The notes beneath the pieces were generated by a model, which was not told the origin of the DNA, did no database searches, and was given only the letters and a program-made list of their open reading frames with translations. Position numbers and translations under genes: made by a program. From contig MU058337.1 of the NCBI GenBank assembly GCA_013265495.1, positions 1,728,777-1,792,776 of the forward strand: DNA of 64,000 bases, in the 5' to 3' direction. This stretch comes from Vicugna vicugna (Eukaryota). Positions 37,800 to 49,990 of the stretch are shown in pieces; the first letter of the stretch is position 1, and the number at the start of each line of letters is the position of its first letter.

Positions 37800-38412
37800 T
37801 GTATCTTTTCAAGTTGGAGTCTTCTCCAGATACATGCCCAGGAGAGGGATTGCTGGGTCCCAGGGGAACTCTATTTTTAGTTTTTTAAGGACTCTCCATA
37901 TTGTTTTCCATAATGGCTGCACCAAATTACATTCTTAACAACAGCGTAGGAGGGTTCCCTTTTCTCCACACCCTCCCCAGCCTTTATTATTTGTAGGCAT
38001 TTGAATGATGGCCGATCTGTCACCAGTGTGAGGTAACACCTCATTGTAGCTTTGATTTGCACTTCTCTGATACTTAACGACATTGAGCATCTTTTCATGT
38101 ACCTGTTGACTACCTGTATATCTTCACTGGAGAAATGTCTGTTTAGGTCTTCTTCCCTGTTTTTGATTGGGTTGTTTGTTTTTGTGTTATTGAGTTGTAT
38201 GGGCTGTTTATATATTCTGGAAGTTAAGCCCCTGTCAGTCACATCATTTGCAAATATTTTCTCCCAGTCTGTAGGTAGTCTTTTTGTTTTATTTATGGTT
38301 TCCTTTGCAGCGCAAAAGCTTGTAAGTTTAATTAGGTCTCATTTGTTTATTTTTGCTTTTATTTCTATTGCCTTGGAGAGAGAGAGACTGACCTAAGAAA
38401 ACGTTGCTATGA

Positions 38413-38540
38413 NNNNNNNNNNNNNNNNNNNNNNNNNNNNNNNNNNNNNNNNNNNNNNNNNNNNNNNNNNNNNNNNNNNNNNNNNNNNNNNNNNNNNNNN
38501 NNNNNNNNNNNNNNNNNNNNNNNNNNNNNNNNNNNNNNNN
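38413..38540. other. Assembly gap (128 N) inside L1
   Basis: Run of N. Confidence 0.99.
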
Positions 38541-39199
38541 TGATTTACTTGCGGCTGTCCAGCTTTCCCAACACCACTTGCTGAAGAGACTGTCTTTTCT
38601 CCATTGTATATTCTTGCCACCTTTGCTGAAGAGACTGTCTTTTCTCCATTGTATATTCTTGCCACCTTTGTTGAAGATTTATTGACCGTAAGTGTGTGGG
38701 TTTATTTCTGGGTTGAAAACTTTTAAACACTACATGATAGTGTAGTATTCCATTATGATTTTATTTACAGTTTGGATTTCATCTGTCTTTAGAGGAGATA
38801 CCCTTTGCCTGGAAGCAAAACAAACCATCTTTAGTGAATACAAAGGGCTATTCAAAGTACCACACATCCACCCAAACAAGAAGATGTGTGGTCTGAGCAA
38901 GAAGTACCTGTCAGAGCTGGCCTGCAGAATGGCTGTAAGTATTGCCATGAGCACGCTTAGTTTCCATACATCCCCTGTCATCTTCTTCTGTCTTTGAAGA
39001 GAGCTCTGACCATCACTCAGTGATTTCATATTTGTGATTTGTTTCACCCCAGCTTTGTGATGTCTTGAGATAGATGGGGCAGGCAGCATGAACTCCATCT
39101 TAGGATAAGTAAACCAAGTCTTAGGTTAAATGATCAACCAAGATGCTCACTGGTTGGAGAGAAGATCAGACCCCATTACTCTAAACTCGCAGCTAATGT

Positions 39200-39340
39200 T
39201 CTCTCCCTAGTAAATGATTGCGTGACTGCAGGCTTCCTGAGGACAAAGACAGGGTCTGTTGTGTCCACCTCTGAGTTTCCATGACTTAGCATTGGGATCA
39301 TCCGGAGAATGCCCCTTATAAATATTCACTGATTGATTGA
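39200..39340 (+). mobile_element. L2 3' end
   Basis: gactgcaggcttcctgaggacaaagacagggtctgttgtgtccac...ataaatattcactgattgattga. Confidence 0.6.
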
Positions 39341-41564
39341 TTATGCTCAGATTATCATTTCCCTTAATTTCATAAAATTAGATGTCTGGAAGGAGGAAAA
39401 AGCATCATCACATGGGAAGAACTTACCCTTAGAGATACATTTAATGTCTAAAATGTGCTGGCACTTGAATAAATGGTAGTTTTTCATTCTATTGGCTATT
39501 TTATCATCAAGTTATTCAGTTGAAAGAGGTCTTTTATGCTCCGAAGTCCAGGAAATAAAAGAGAATCTCATTTGTCAATGAAACATATGATATTGAGCCT
39601 GAGGTTCAGTTAACATTTGCCACTTCAAAACATTTCTGAAAAAAAATAAATCAACAATTGTATTTAAAGATGGGAAACAGCTTAACTTTAAGGAAAAAAA
39701 AATAAGCATCTGGCAGGAATTTGGATTCAGTCTGTCTTCTTAAAGGATCTGTATTCTGGCCCTCCCTCAGGCCACCTTATGGGTCTGAGCATAACATTTG
39801 TTCTATTTACAAACTATGGTGGGTCCGCCTACACTGCCCAGTGACTGGAATTGAGATTCCGTGTGGCTGGGATAAGCTAAGCCTATTTCCCAGGAAGGTG
39901 AAAGAATCTTGGCTGCTGAGAATTTGAGGATGTAGACCTCATGGGGAGCTGGTTACTGAATCTGGAATGTGAAATGAAGGTTCTGTCTGACAGACCAACA
40001 GCCGAGTCTGTTTGTGGGAACTAGAACGCAAATAAAGGAGAGACGTCCTCTCTAACGTTGCGTGCGTTCACTGGTGAGACCCCAAGGTCCTGCCCCGGGG
40101 TTTCCCAATGTCTTTGAGTCAGAAATGCATGGTGCCAGGAGCTAAGAGGCAGCAGTAGGGGTACTAGATGGAGTCAAATGATGCTAACATTCCCTATATA
40201 AGTTAAAATTATTAAATAGGAAGGAGTAGCCAGAGCAGAAGTGGGGGAGTTTCTCCTCACGTGTCCAGCTTTTCATCCCCAGCTCTTTTCCCAGAATGCC
40301 CGCCATCACTGGAGGGAACATTCATGACTATTTTGTTCTTTCCAGATCTACTCTTCATTGTGTTACACACTGGATGATTAATAAATGAACAAATTCCAAT
40401 TTAGTTAATGAAGATACACCTGCTAAAAGAGTCCTAATTCTCAAGGCCAATAAAAGAAACTCTATTCATGGACAATGTCTTCTTAAAACACTACAACGTA
40501 TTAGATGAGAAACAAAATCCAGCAGGTGTGAGGGAGGAACCATGTGTTGGAGGAATCTGGGTTGATATCAATAAATAACATCGCAATCTTGGAGCCATAG
40601 TTATGGTTTGTAAATGGAACTGTCCATACCAGCTTTGTGTACATTTGGCATCATTAAGAAGGATACAGCTTAAAATAGTAAGTATCTCTGCTTCTGCTGG
40701 TTCTTAGCTCGATGTACCCTGAGTTGATGTGGTTAGGTGGAGTTACAGCCTTCCCCTGCATCAGGACGCTTGGTGTAAGTAGCCAGATCCTTTCAAATGC
40801 CTTTTCTCCAAAGGTCACTTAATTCATCCGGGGATGACTTTGTTTTCCCCGCTATCTCTTCCAGGAGCAGGAAAAATAAAAGGAGTATGAGTTGGCTCAT
40901 CTGTTTTGCCCTGGGGTGATTGCTGCCCATCTGCCACGAGCTAGAACCCTGCCCTCCCTGGACAAGTGTAGACAATCACGCGGAAGCCTGGCCGGGCAGG
41001 GTCAGTGCGAGTGAAAGTGTGGAGATTAGCGAGGGATTTTTAAAAGCACCAGAGTGGTGTTATTAATCCTTTGAAAGTGTAAGCCTTTCTGATATGGCAG
41101 CTGGGCTCCTGGGGGAAACTGCACAGCATTCTGTATACCTGATAAGGAGAGTGTCAAGTAAAATGCAATGAACTTAATGACCCAGAAATTAGTATTAGAG
41201 GAAATGAATAACATCTTCCAGAGATTTGTGACTCTTAATATAGAGTTTGAAAGAAGAGAGGCCTTTCTCTCAAGCTGCCTTTCGTTTTCAGTGTAAACAT
41301 GCATATTTGCATTCTGTCCAGCAAGGATGTAAGACCTGGCTTTGAATGAACAGTGGTTCTTGAGCGTTGGAGCAGGAGCCCGGGTGGTAGTCATGGGTGG
41401 GTTTCTGGGAGGTGTGTGCATCCTTGCACTCTTCTTTGGGTCTCTCCCCACCCAGCATTTTATATTTGGGGCCACCGTGTTGATTATGTCCAAAAGATGG
41501 TTTCAGTCCTGGACTCTGTCCACAGAGGAAGTTTCAGTTGATGTTCTCTTCTGTTCGGCTGCTG

Positions 41565-41744
41565 CAACTCAACACAACACAGCACAACTCAGTACAACAC
41601 GGCTCAACACAACTCAACATAACCCAACACAACCCAAACCAACACAATACAATTCAACCCAGTACAACCCAACCCAGCCCGATACAACTCAACACAACAC
41701 AACTCCATATAACACAACTCAACACAAAACAACACAAGCAAACC
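41565..41744. repeat. Degenerate pentanucleotide array (CAACA/CAACT/CAACC)n, 36 units
   Basis: 180 bp parsed into 36 consecutive 5-mers with substitutions but no indel. Confidence 0.95.
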
Positions 41745-42309
41745 GCTGTGCAAAGGGCCTCCCTGATCCTTCCACTCATTGCCGTCTCACCTGTGGGGAG
41801 AGGGTGATGAGCTGTGAGAAGTTGGGATGGGATTGCCCTCAGTAAGTCATCCCCTTGTCCATTCCATCCTTTCTGGAGCCTGTGAGTGGCCACCCCCACT
41901 TTCTCAAGAGCTAAGAAATGGAGATGAACAGTATTTCATCTGTGCTGGAGACGGAGCCACAGTTCTGCCGAGATTTTCCAGCCAGTGCCCATCAGCCCTG
42001 GCCAGCCAGCCCTTCAGTACAAACAACCTTCCTTGTGCATAGAACCTTAAAAATGTAGAGTGAGAAGAACCTAAAAAATTATTCAACTGAAGCCCTCCAC
42101 TGTGTTAAGGAGTCTCAATCAAGAGAGATTAAGTGAACTAATCAAAGCCACACAGCCACTTAGTGAGAAACCTGGTTTTTCTCATTATTATATCAAGGTT
42201 TGGGTATTTTTTTTTTTTGATGGGGGAGGCAATCCACCCTTACGCAAGTTTTAACTAGCCTTTTCCAACAGGGTAATTATCCTTGAAATAATTTTTATTT
42301 CAAGATAGT

Positions 42310-42544
42310 AATTAATGAATTAATTAATATTTAAGAGTAATTGATTTACAATGTTTTGTTGGTTTCTAGTATACAGCACAGTGATTCAGTTATACACGTA
42401 TATATTCTTTTTCATATTATTTTCCATTATGGTTTATTACAAGATACCGAATATAGTTCCCCGTGCTATACAGTAGGACCTTGTTGTTCATCTATTTTAT
42501 GTATAGTAGTTTGTATCTGTTAATCCCAGGCTCCCAATTTATCC
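42310..42544 (-). mobile_element. L1 3' UTR fragment
   Basis: ttgatttacaatgtt...cagcacagtgattcagttata...gtgctatacagtaggaccttgttgtt...aatttatcc. Confidence 0.88.
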
Positions 42545-44256
42545 TAATTTTTAATTTAAAATTACTTTGAAATGGAAAGTTACATTAGGTAACAGTTTTC
42601 TAGTCTGGAAAACAGCCTTGCATTCTTTCCCTGAGAAGAGACCAAGGGAAGTTAGGATCGGATTCTGTGAGCAGTCAGTCAGTCATACATTTTGAACATC
42701 TTTCCAAGGAACCCGAAGGACCCGGGGGCCTCACTCTTGGAAATTCCACCACCCTGTCCGTTCCTGACAGCTGCTTCTTGGGGGGAGGTTAAGGAATCAC
42801 CAATGGTTCTTCCTCCGCTGTTTAGTTAATGACCGCAGGGGCCCAAAAGTCAGGTGGGAGAATACTGGGTCTTTATATCACACAAATTAATTAATTTCTT
42901 CATGGAACTTTATAGATTCTAAAAGTGAACCCACATCGAAAGGAACCAAGCTTCTTGCTAAGGGGACTGAAGAGTGTCTTTGTCATAACAAAATTAAACC
43001 AACATATAATTGTCATTTGCTTTATTCTTATGGAAATTGAACATTAGCATGTGTATAATTGATCTGAAATCCAGACACATCAAAGACATGCATCTCTGTA
43101 TCTATGGGCTTTTAATCTAATTATAAGGAACTACATATGTTTTTACTCAAAACTTATTTTTGCTTTTTAATTTTTTTTTTTTTTTAATGAAAGGACATGT
43201 CTTTCATTCCATGCCCCTGCCCCTGGCTTTTAAAAATCTCTTTGCTTTTTCCTTCGAATGACTGGAGCTACAGTCATCAGCCTCTCTAGGGCCCTTGAAG
43301 CAAACCCTTATTCTTTTAAAAATCATCAACACAGGCTCGGTTGCCAAGTGGAGAAGCTGATTCTTCTCTCCACGCTCTGGGAAGTATTTTCTTTGAAGCG
43401 CTGTTGGCATGGAAGTTAAGGGCTTGGAACTTGATATTGAAATGGCAGTAAGAGAATTGCTATTGGATAGCGTTTATTTCAGAATTTAAAGCAAACACAT
43501 CCTGAAACTGCAGTCAAGATACCCAAATAGAAGCACGTGAAAAGTTACAAATGTGTCCACATGGGTCTCTCACATGAGCTGCATGAAAAACTAAGTGTAT
43601 TTGCTTTACTATTACCAAGTACACATAGATTTGCTATTACGGCAGTCGTTTTATTCAAGCAGAAAAGAAAACTCAGAAATTAAGATAAAACTAATTGTCA
43701 ATGCTCTGTAAAAAATACATGTATTTATCAGACCTATATCAATAGCTAGATATTTGGCTGCTATTTCTTATGATAATGGTAAAATAAATAAGAATTCTTA
43801 TTTAAAGATAATCGTAAAGGTAGATGTATTAAAAGGGGGGCTGGAAAGATTTTGAATTCAACATGAAGCTTGTGGGTTTCCTTCAGCATTTGATACATGC
43901 ATGTTTTATCTATAATACAGAGAAGGTATATGTCTCTGATACTGTGTCTTAGTATTTGGAAGAAAGTAATGTGCTACAAAATATGGCAAGATGTTCCTTC
44001 CTGCATGTATACAATTCTGTGAAAGGTGAACAGATACTTGTTTTTTCTAACCTGCTTTTATTAGAGGTTGTTAAGGTTTTCTAAGAGGAGTGAATTAGTA
44101 TCTTCTCTTTCTGTATTGGAGCTTAAAGCCAATTTCATTTGAAAAGGGAAGGCTCATATAGTTAAGACGTGTTACTGGAATTACAGAAGTAACTGTTTTA
44201 GGTTATGTATATGTAGATATTACAAAGGCCTTATTACTCTGACATCTGGGTAGTTT

Positions 44257-44282
44257 TGTGTGTGTGTGTGTGTGTGTGTGTG
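44257..44282. repeat. (TG)13 microsatellite
   Basis: Read directly. Confidence 0.95.
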
Positions 44283-44529
44283 TTTGTGTGTTAGTTTGTG
44301 AGCACGCATGTGCACGTAAATGTGTGGGTGAAGAAAAAAGATGTCTCCTTTTGGAACCATGTGCCCAAATAATTTTAAATAATAACATATATAAGAAAAA
44401 TGTGCATACTTTAGACTTATTAAAAATCTGTCTTTAATCCCCAACTGGATCACACCGTATACAGACATTTGATTTTTTAGCAAAATATTTTTCAAATTTT
44501 AAACCAATTTCTAAAAAATAGAATTCTAC

Positions 44530-44660
44530 GTAGCCAGCTGTCTCCTGGCAGCTCTTTCATGAGAAACTTAAAATGTCTAAAATAGAGCACTTGATTCTCC
44601 CTCAGATCTGCCCCTCCCTTAAACCTCCTCATCTCAGCAAATGACACCAAAACTCATGGA
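44530..44660 (+). mobile_element. L2 fragment
   Basis: cttaaaatgtctaaaatagagcacttgattctccc...cctcatctcagcaaatgacacca resembles the L2 body. Confidence 0.45.
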
Positions 44661-45734
44661 GTTGTTTCTATGCATTTTGTAATCAAAATTTTGTGTCTGT
44701 GTCTGAAGGAGGGTGGTCTGATGCATAATCACTGTAAGTTTGCCAAATGTGGTCCCAACCTACACTATAAAGTTCCCCTTTTGGAGAGATCTTTGTGTGA
44801 AGACAGAAAGACTACTAGAAAGTTTGTCGTGAGTGGTGCTGGATTATAAAGACCTTGCATAATCATGTGCACATTAATATTTCTTGAGTGCCTGCTAAGT
44901 TCGTGGCACTCTTTCAAGCACTGAGAATAAGTCTGGGCATTAATGTACCCTTGCCCTGAAGAAACAAAACCAAATGGATGAGTCGTGTAATCTGATGGGA
45001 GTCTACTCCACTGTGGTAGTTTCCAACTGAGGACACACAAAAGAACTGCCTCAGTTAAGTCAGTATGAGCTAGTGCAGCTTACACACTACGTGCGCATAC
45101 ACACGAGTGAGGGTTCAGAGCAAGTGAAAGGGTACAGCCAACTGAGTCATGCGTTAAACAAACACTGTCAGCAAGTTGTATGCATTTGGAGTGCTGACCT
45201 ATTAGAAGACTAGTCCTTGTTTCTTTCACTCAACTGAGTGGGTGGTGGGCAGCTTGTTAATTTCCGCGCTTCCCTTGTTGGTGTCAGTACCTGTCACGTG
45301 CCCACAAGGAGGAGAACGTTGGTATTTTCACTGAAACCCTTCCTCCCATCTTGGTTGTTGAGCAATGAAATGTTCTACCAAATTCCTCAGAAAGAGTTGG
45401 GGGGATCTTAGCACTCTACCATTCACCCCCTTATTTGATAGATGAGAAACTTGGGATCTGAAGGGCTCAAGGTAGGAGAATATACTGTTCTTGACCACCT
45501 ATCAATTATCTTGCCTTTCTAAATTTAACCTAATAGGCTAGGTTTTTCAAAAAGTAAAATCAATTAGGGGAATTCTTTCAAAAACTAGTATTGTAAAAAA
45601 AAGCAACACAAAAAAACACAAAAATTTTTTTAAATGCTATTGCTCTCTGCCTCCTTTCGTAGATTACTAGTGAACTTAACTAATTTTTGAAAACTCAGGG
45701 CTAGATCATTATGGAATTGACGGAATTATTAATT

Positions 45735-45930
45735 GCACAGTCTTGGGAGACAGAGCTGGGATCCAGTCTGGCTCTGTCACTGACTAGCTTTGTAACGTAG
45801 GGCACATCATTAACACCTCTGATCTCCCGTGTCCTTGCCCACAAAGTGGAGTGATAATCCTTGGGACCAAACTCATTGGGGATGTGTGAGAATTGATTGA
45901 GAAAATGTGCGTGTGGAAAACTCAGCAGGG
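45735..45930 (+). mobile_element. MIR SINE
   Basis: ctgggatccagtctggctctgtcactgactagctttgtaacgtagggcac...aaagtggagtgataat. Confidence 0.7.
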
Positions 45931-47913
45931 GGTGTAACAAAGAGTGAGTGTGGGATCACCATGAGAAGTATTATGGTTATCACTGTATTCAGTGGGATAT
46001 CATTTGCAATTTCTCTGCCTCTTGCGGGCTTACACGCTTTAATAGCCAGTAGCTCAAAGATTTCCCCACAATTTCTGTTACATGCATCTGTACACTCCCT
46101 CCTTCAGATGCTTCTGATTCCTCTGTTGATGTCTGTCCTCTTGTTTGGCTTGAATTTGCCTTCTGCTCATTCACAGTGAGCGAAGGCTTCTATAAATGCA
46201 GCCCTTTACTGCAGAGGTGGTATTCGAAGGAGTGGGGCTACACTGCACTCCGCACAGCCCCTGACTGCTACGTCCTTCCCTACTCACGGTCTGCTTGTTT
46301 CTCTAGCACTAAAGTTTATTTTTGGAGCACTATCAATTCCTTGTGAATAGTAAATGCTATCTAGACTGGCATTTAGTCAGAAACCTCCGTCACGAGAAAA
46401 TGATTTTCTTCACGTACTTCCATTTAGGGTTGGTTTGTAGTAATCACAGCATATTCTTCCCAATTTCCATGGGTTCTAAGTCATTAGCTAAATGAAGTAG
46501 CTCTTCTCCTGTACTGTGAGTGTTTAACAGAAATAAAAAGAATGAAAGTTTTGAGCATTTTTTCTTGTGTATTTGCTATGGATAGGTCATGACCTGATTC
46601 TTCTTCTATACATCAGTGTACCTACCCGATTGTGAAGCAAAGTGTGTGTAAGGCATGTTATGAAGAAATAATTGCTCTTTTGGCTTGGATGCTATTGACG
46701 TCACATGACTTTCAACAATATCATCTAATTAAGGAAATATTCAGGAGTTTTCTCTGCTTTCTCTCCAAGCATATTTGTCATTAACTGTGTTATTGATTCT
46801 TCATGTCTCTCTTCAATTGCATTATTTTCCTCTGTTTTTTGATAAAAGCCAAAATTTGAAGGATGTTTATAATTTCCATCTCTTCTCTGCTATTAGCAAA
46901 TCAGTCAGTTTTATACAGAAAAGCATCATTTTATACTGGTTCTGCAAAACCTTGGTTGGTTTACCCAAGATGCCACTCTGAATTTTTCTTTTGAGAATAA
47001 TTTTTAAAACCACGTGTCCATGATTTAATGCCTTTATTTTGAACGTTTCTTAGTAGATAACCTACCAGGTAGTGAAGTGAAGAGATGATTCCACAGAAAT
47101 TCCCACTCCTTATTCTTCCTTTATTATCAGCTGTTTTAATAAAATTTCACTTGTAGATTCTCTCATCTTTGCATATCCAAATTTATATTTTATATTCCCA
47201 CTGGAATCTATGTACCTTTTATGCTTATAACTTCATTCTTTGTTATAAAATGTATGTTTCCTCTTATATTATTATTTGCAAACTCTAGTTTGAACCACTG
47301 ATAAACTTCATAAGTATATTTCCATATAGAAATTAAATGCAAATCTGAAAAGTAGAAAAAGTTATATGCAAATGATATGATGTTAGATAAGGTGATATTC
47401 TCCAGAATTACTCGATGTTATTTGAATTAATCTAAGCAAAGCCAGTTTTGTAGTGTGTGTGTGTGTGTTATCTTTAAAAACACAGTCATTCTAAATAACC
47501 CCAAAGGATTTAGAGAAAATCATGACCATTCTTACATGTATTTTTGGGCAGTATTAGGTTTAAAATAGGCTTTCCCTCTGCATCGGCTGAACCCCCTGCA
47601 GACATGTCATAAGCTGGGGTGGTCTGTGGTCACCAAGCCAAAAGCAGCTGTCAGTGCACTGCTTTCTGCCCACTCTCAGCTTTCATTCTTAAATTGATCA
47701 CTTGCTACCTTGATTCCTTTACTTCAAATCTTGTATCCTTTATCCCTCGGTAAAAACTCAAATTTCATATCTGAACTCATAAACTTTATTTTATACAATG
47801 AAAGAGAGTAGGTTGTGAACTAAAAAGCACAGCACACTCTCATGACTCGTCCACCACACGTGCTTTGAAATGACCCCCAGTTTTCATGATGCTCAGAAGC
47901 CTGTTTAACATAG

Positions 47914-47970
47914 TGGTAACCGCCATGGTAACGTCATGGTGACCGCCATGGTAACGTAAAGGTAACCGGT
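47914..47970. repeat. Short tandem array of 11/12-bp units (TGGTAACCGCCA / TGGTAACGTCA)
   Basis: Five units: tggtaaccgcca, tggtaacgtca, tggtgaccgcca, tggtaacgtaa, aggtaaccggt. Confidence 0.85.
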
Positions 47971-48114
47971 TTAGTCTCAACTGCCTTTGCCAGAAATCTA
48001 AATTCTGGAGAGTTTATGGTCTGCTCCCTACTTGTGAAAGTGTCCACACCTACCATCCAGCTATTGTTCTGCTACGCTTACAATTTATTCTCATTCATCC
48101 AAATTTTTACTTGT

Positions 48115-48340
48115 TAAACAAGTATACCACATACTATTGCTTTACTAGTATTAGCCCATTTAATTCCCTGAAAAAGCCTATGATGTAGCGACCATTTTTA
48201 TAACCATTTTACAGATGAGAAAACTAAGGCATGATGATGCTAACTTGCCCAAATCCATGCATCTTGTAGGGAGAGGAGCAAAAACTTGTACTTAGGCTCT
48301 CTGGCTATCGAGCATGTGTCTTGAACCATTACCTCATGCA
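48115..48340 (-). mobile_element. MIR SINE
   Basis: ccattttacagatgagaaaactaaggca and taacttgcccaaatcca. Confidence 0.75.
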
Positions 48341-48820
48341 ATATTCATTCAACAGACTCTTTTGGGGGCTACATGTGATGTAAGAAAACGAGCAAGAAAT
48401 GAGAGGAATTAGATAAATGTATCAGTAACTAAAATCCATTGAGTATAGAATATAAGTCATAATAAATATTTACATAAGCAACTGGAGGAACTCAGAGTCA
48501 AATGGAGCATTTAAAGAAAAGGATCAGGGAAAACTGTTGGTGGACGAGGTGCTCTTTTGAAATAAATTATAAAAAATAAGGATAGAATTTTTTAAAAAGA
48601 TTGATATTTAGGGAGCCAGTGTTGAAGGGACTAGAGTGCAGGCCAAGAAAACTACATGAGCAAAGCCACCGATCTCAGAATTATAAGCCAGGACCTCATA
48701 GGGGAGAGCGAGCAGATGGTTCTGTTGAAATCATGATACCCACAGGGTAGCTGTGATGGAAAAGGAGGTCGTTGTGGACCAGAGCCTGAAGATCTAGACC
48801 ATAGACCCAGGGCCTACATG
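48340..48820 (-). mobile_element. L2 fragment
   Basis: aatattcattcaacagact tail followed by purine-rich antisense L2-like body (ggatcagggaaaactgttgg, gcaaagccac). Confidence 0.5.
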
Positions 48821-49610
48821 TGTCAATGTATTGAGTTGCAGTTTCCTATCCCTTCCTCGCTCCATCCCCTGCAGGGAAGAAACAAGTGATGTCTGGGTTC
48901 CAAAATGGAAAGTATTCCACACGCAGAGCGGGAATGGTGGTGACACAGGCTGGTGGCTGCCTGAGGTCAACAGCGAAGGGAGAGTGGAGCCTTGGCTGGG
49001 GAAAAAGAGGAGAAATGGGGGAGAAAAGTGTCTGCTGGGACTCTTTCAAAGAGCCTCCTGACTTCCCACTTTGGCCTCAATAATCTCAGTGAACCTACAG
49101 AGGACTCTGAGACACCTGGTGCCATGATGTTTCTGGAAAGCTGGAGAGGGGCGTGGCTTACCAGCCCACGGAATTTAACACCTTGTGTAAAAGGGATGAC
49201 GGTGCTAAGAGACACTGTTGGGACATGTAATGATGGATGATTTTATTTCCTCTATTTTTTCATTAATAAAATAATTTCCTTGCTCATAGGCGATCAGCCA
49301 ACACATACAAGAACAGTTCCTAAACTAACAAACAGGAAATCTGTTCTTAGCTGATAATGGGGTCCTGCTCTGTTTCATTCAACCTGTGAAACACCGTACC
49401 TGCATCTTGGGATCTGAAGTTATCATAATAAACGCCTTTATCCTGATATTTGAATCAGCCTTATAATGATTTGAAAGGCCTTGTTTTCTAAAGCATTTAG
49501 CAGTTCAACTTCAGATTTATTAAGCTGACAAAATTTCTATTTTGATAAACATCTTCCCTGGGAATATAGGTTTATATAAGTTAGTGGACATGTGGAGCAT
49601 TTGTGTGTAC

Positions 49611-49634
49611 GTGTGTGTGTGTGTGTGTGTGTGT
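49611..49634. repeat. (GT)12 microsatellite
   Basis: Read directly. Confidence 0.95.
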
Positions 49635-49829
49635 AAATTGCAGGGATATTTTGAAAGAAGCCATTGGGGAAAAAAGAATAACCAATGTAACTTATAAAAT
49701 ATGCCTTTGATATCATTAAATATCATTCATTAAAACCCCAAAAGATAATTTAAATTTTACTAGTTTGAAATTTTTTTGGCTTGAATGCCAAATTGTGATC
49801 AATTTCACACAGCACAATTTTGAAATGGT

Positions 49830-49990
49830 CCTAGGAAGTGATTCTAAGTGAATATGTTGAGCATGATGTTGGGTGCCTGTCCAGGAATTCAGAGAAGTCT
49901 GGGCTGCAGATATGAAGTTGGTTGCCCTTGGTGTCTAAATGGTATTTTAAGCTGAGAGAATGAATTATATCACTCAGAAAGAATGTTCTA
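49830..49990 (-). mobile_element. L2 internal fragment
   Basis: ggaattcagagaagtctgggctgcagatatgaagttgg...aaatggtattttaagc resembles antisense L2. Confidence 0.55.

Larger units (their letters stand above)
37189..38712 (-). mobile_element. 5'-truncated L1 (ORF2 C-terminus and 3' UTR) with 15-bp TSD
   Basis: Antisense ORF2 motifs ([37 protein letters not shown]) and L1 3' UTR. Exact TSD TTGAAAACTTTTAAA at 37174-37188 and 38713-38727. Contains two N gaps. Confidence 0.95.

Noticed and set aside
42207-42240. T13-gatgggggaggcaat as a Vic-1 SINE 3' tail
   Set aside because: Resembles the tail, but ~30 bp with no body or clear TSD is too little to call.
46464-46474. ttccatgggtt, matching the 3' half of miR-146a
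   Set aside because: Seed region absent and no hairpin; chance 11-mer.
47914-47970. CRISPR-like repeat array
   Set aside because: Units are 11-12 bp, contiguous, have no spacers, and sit in mammalian DNA with no cas genes.
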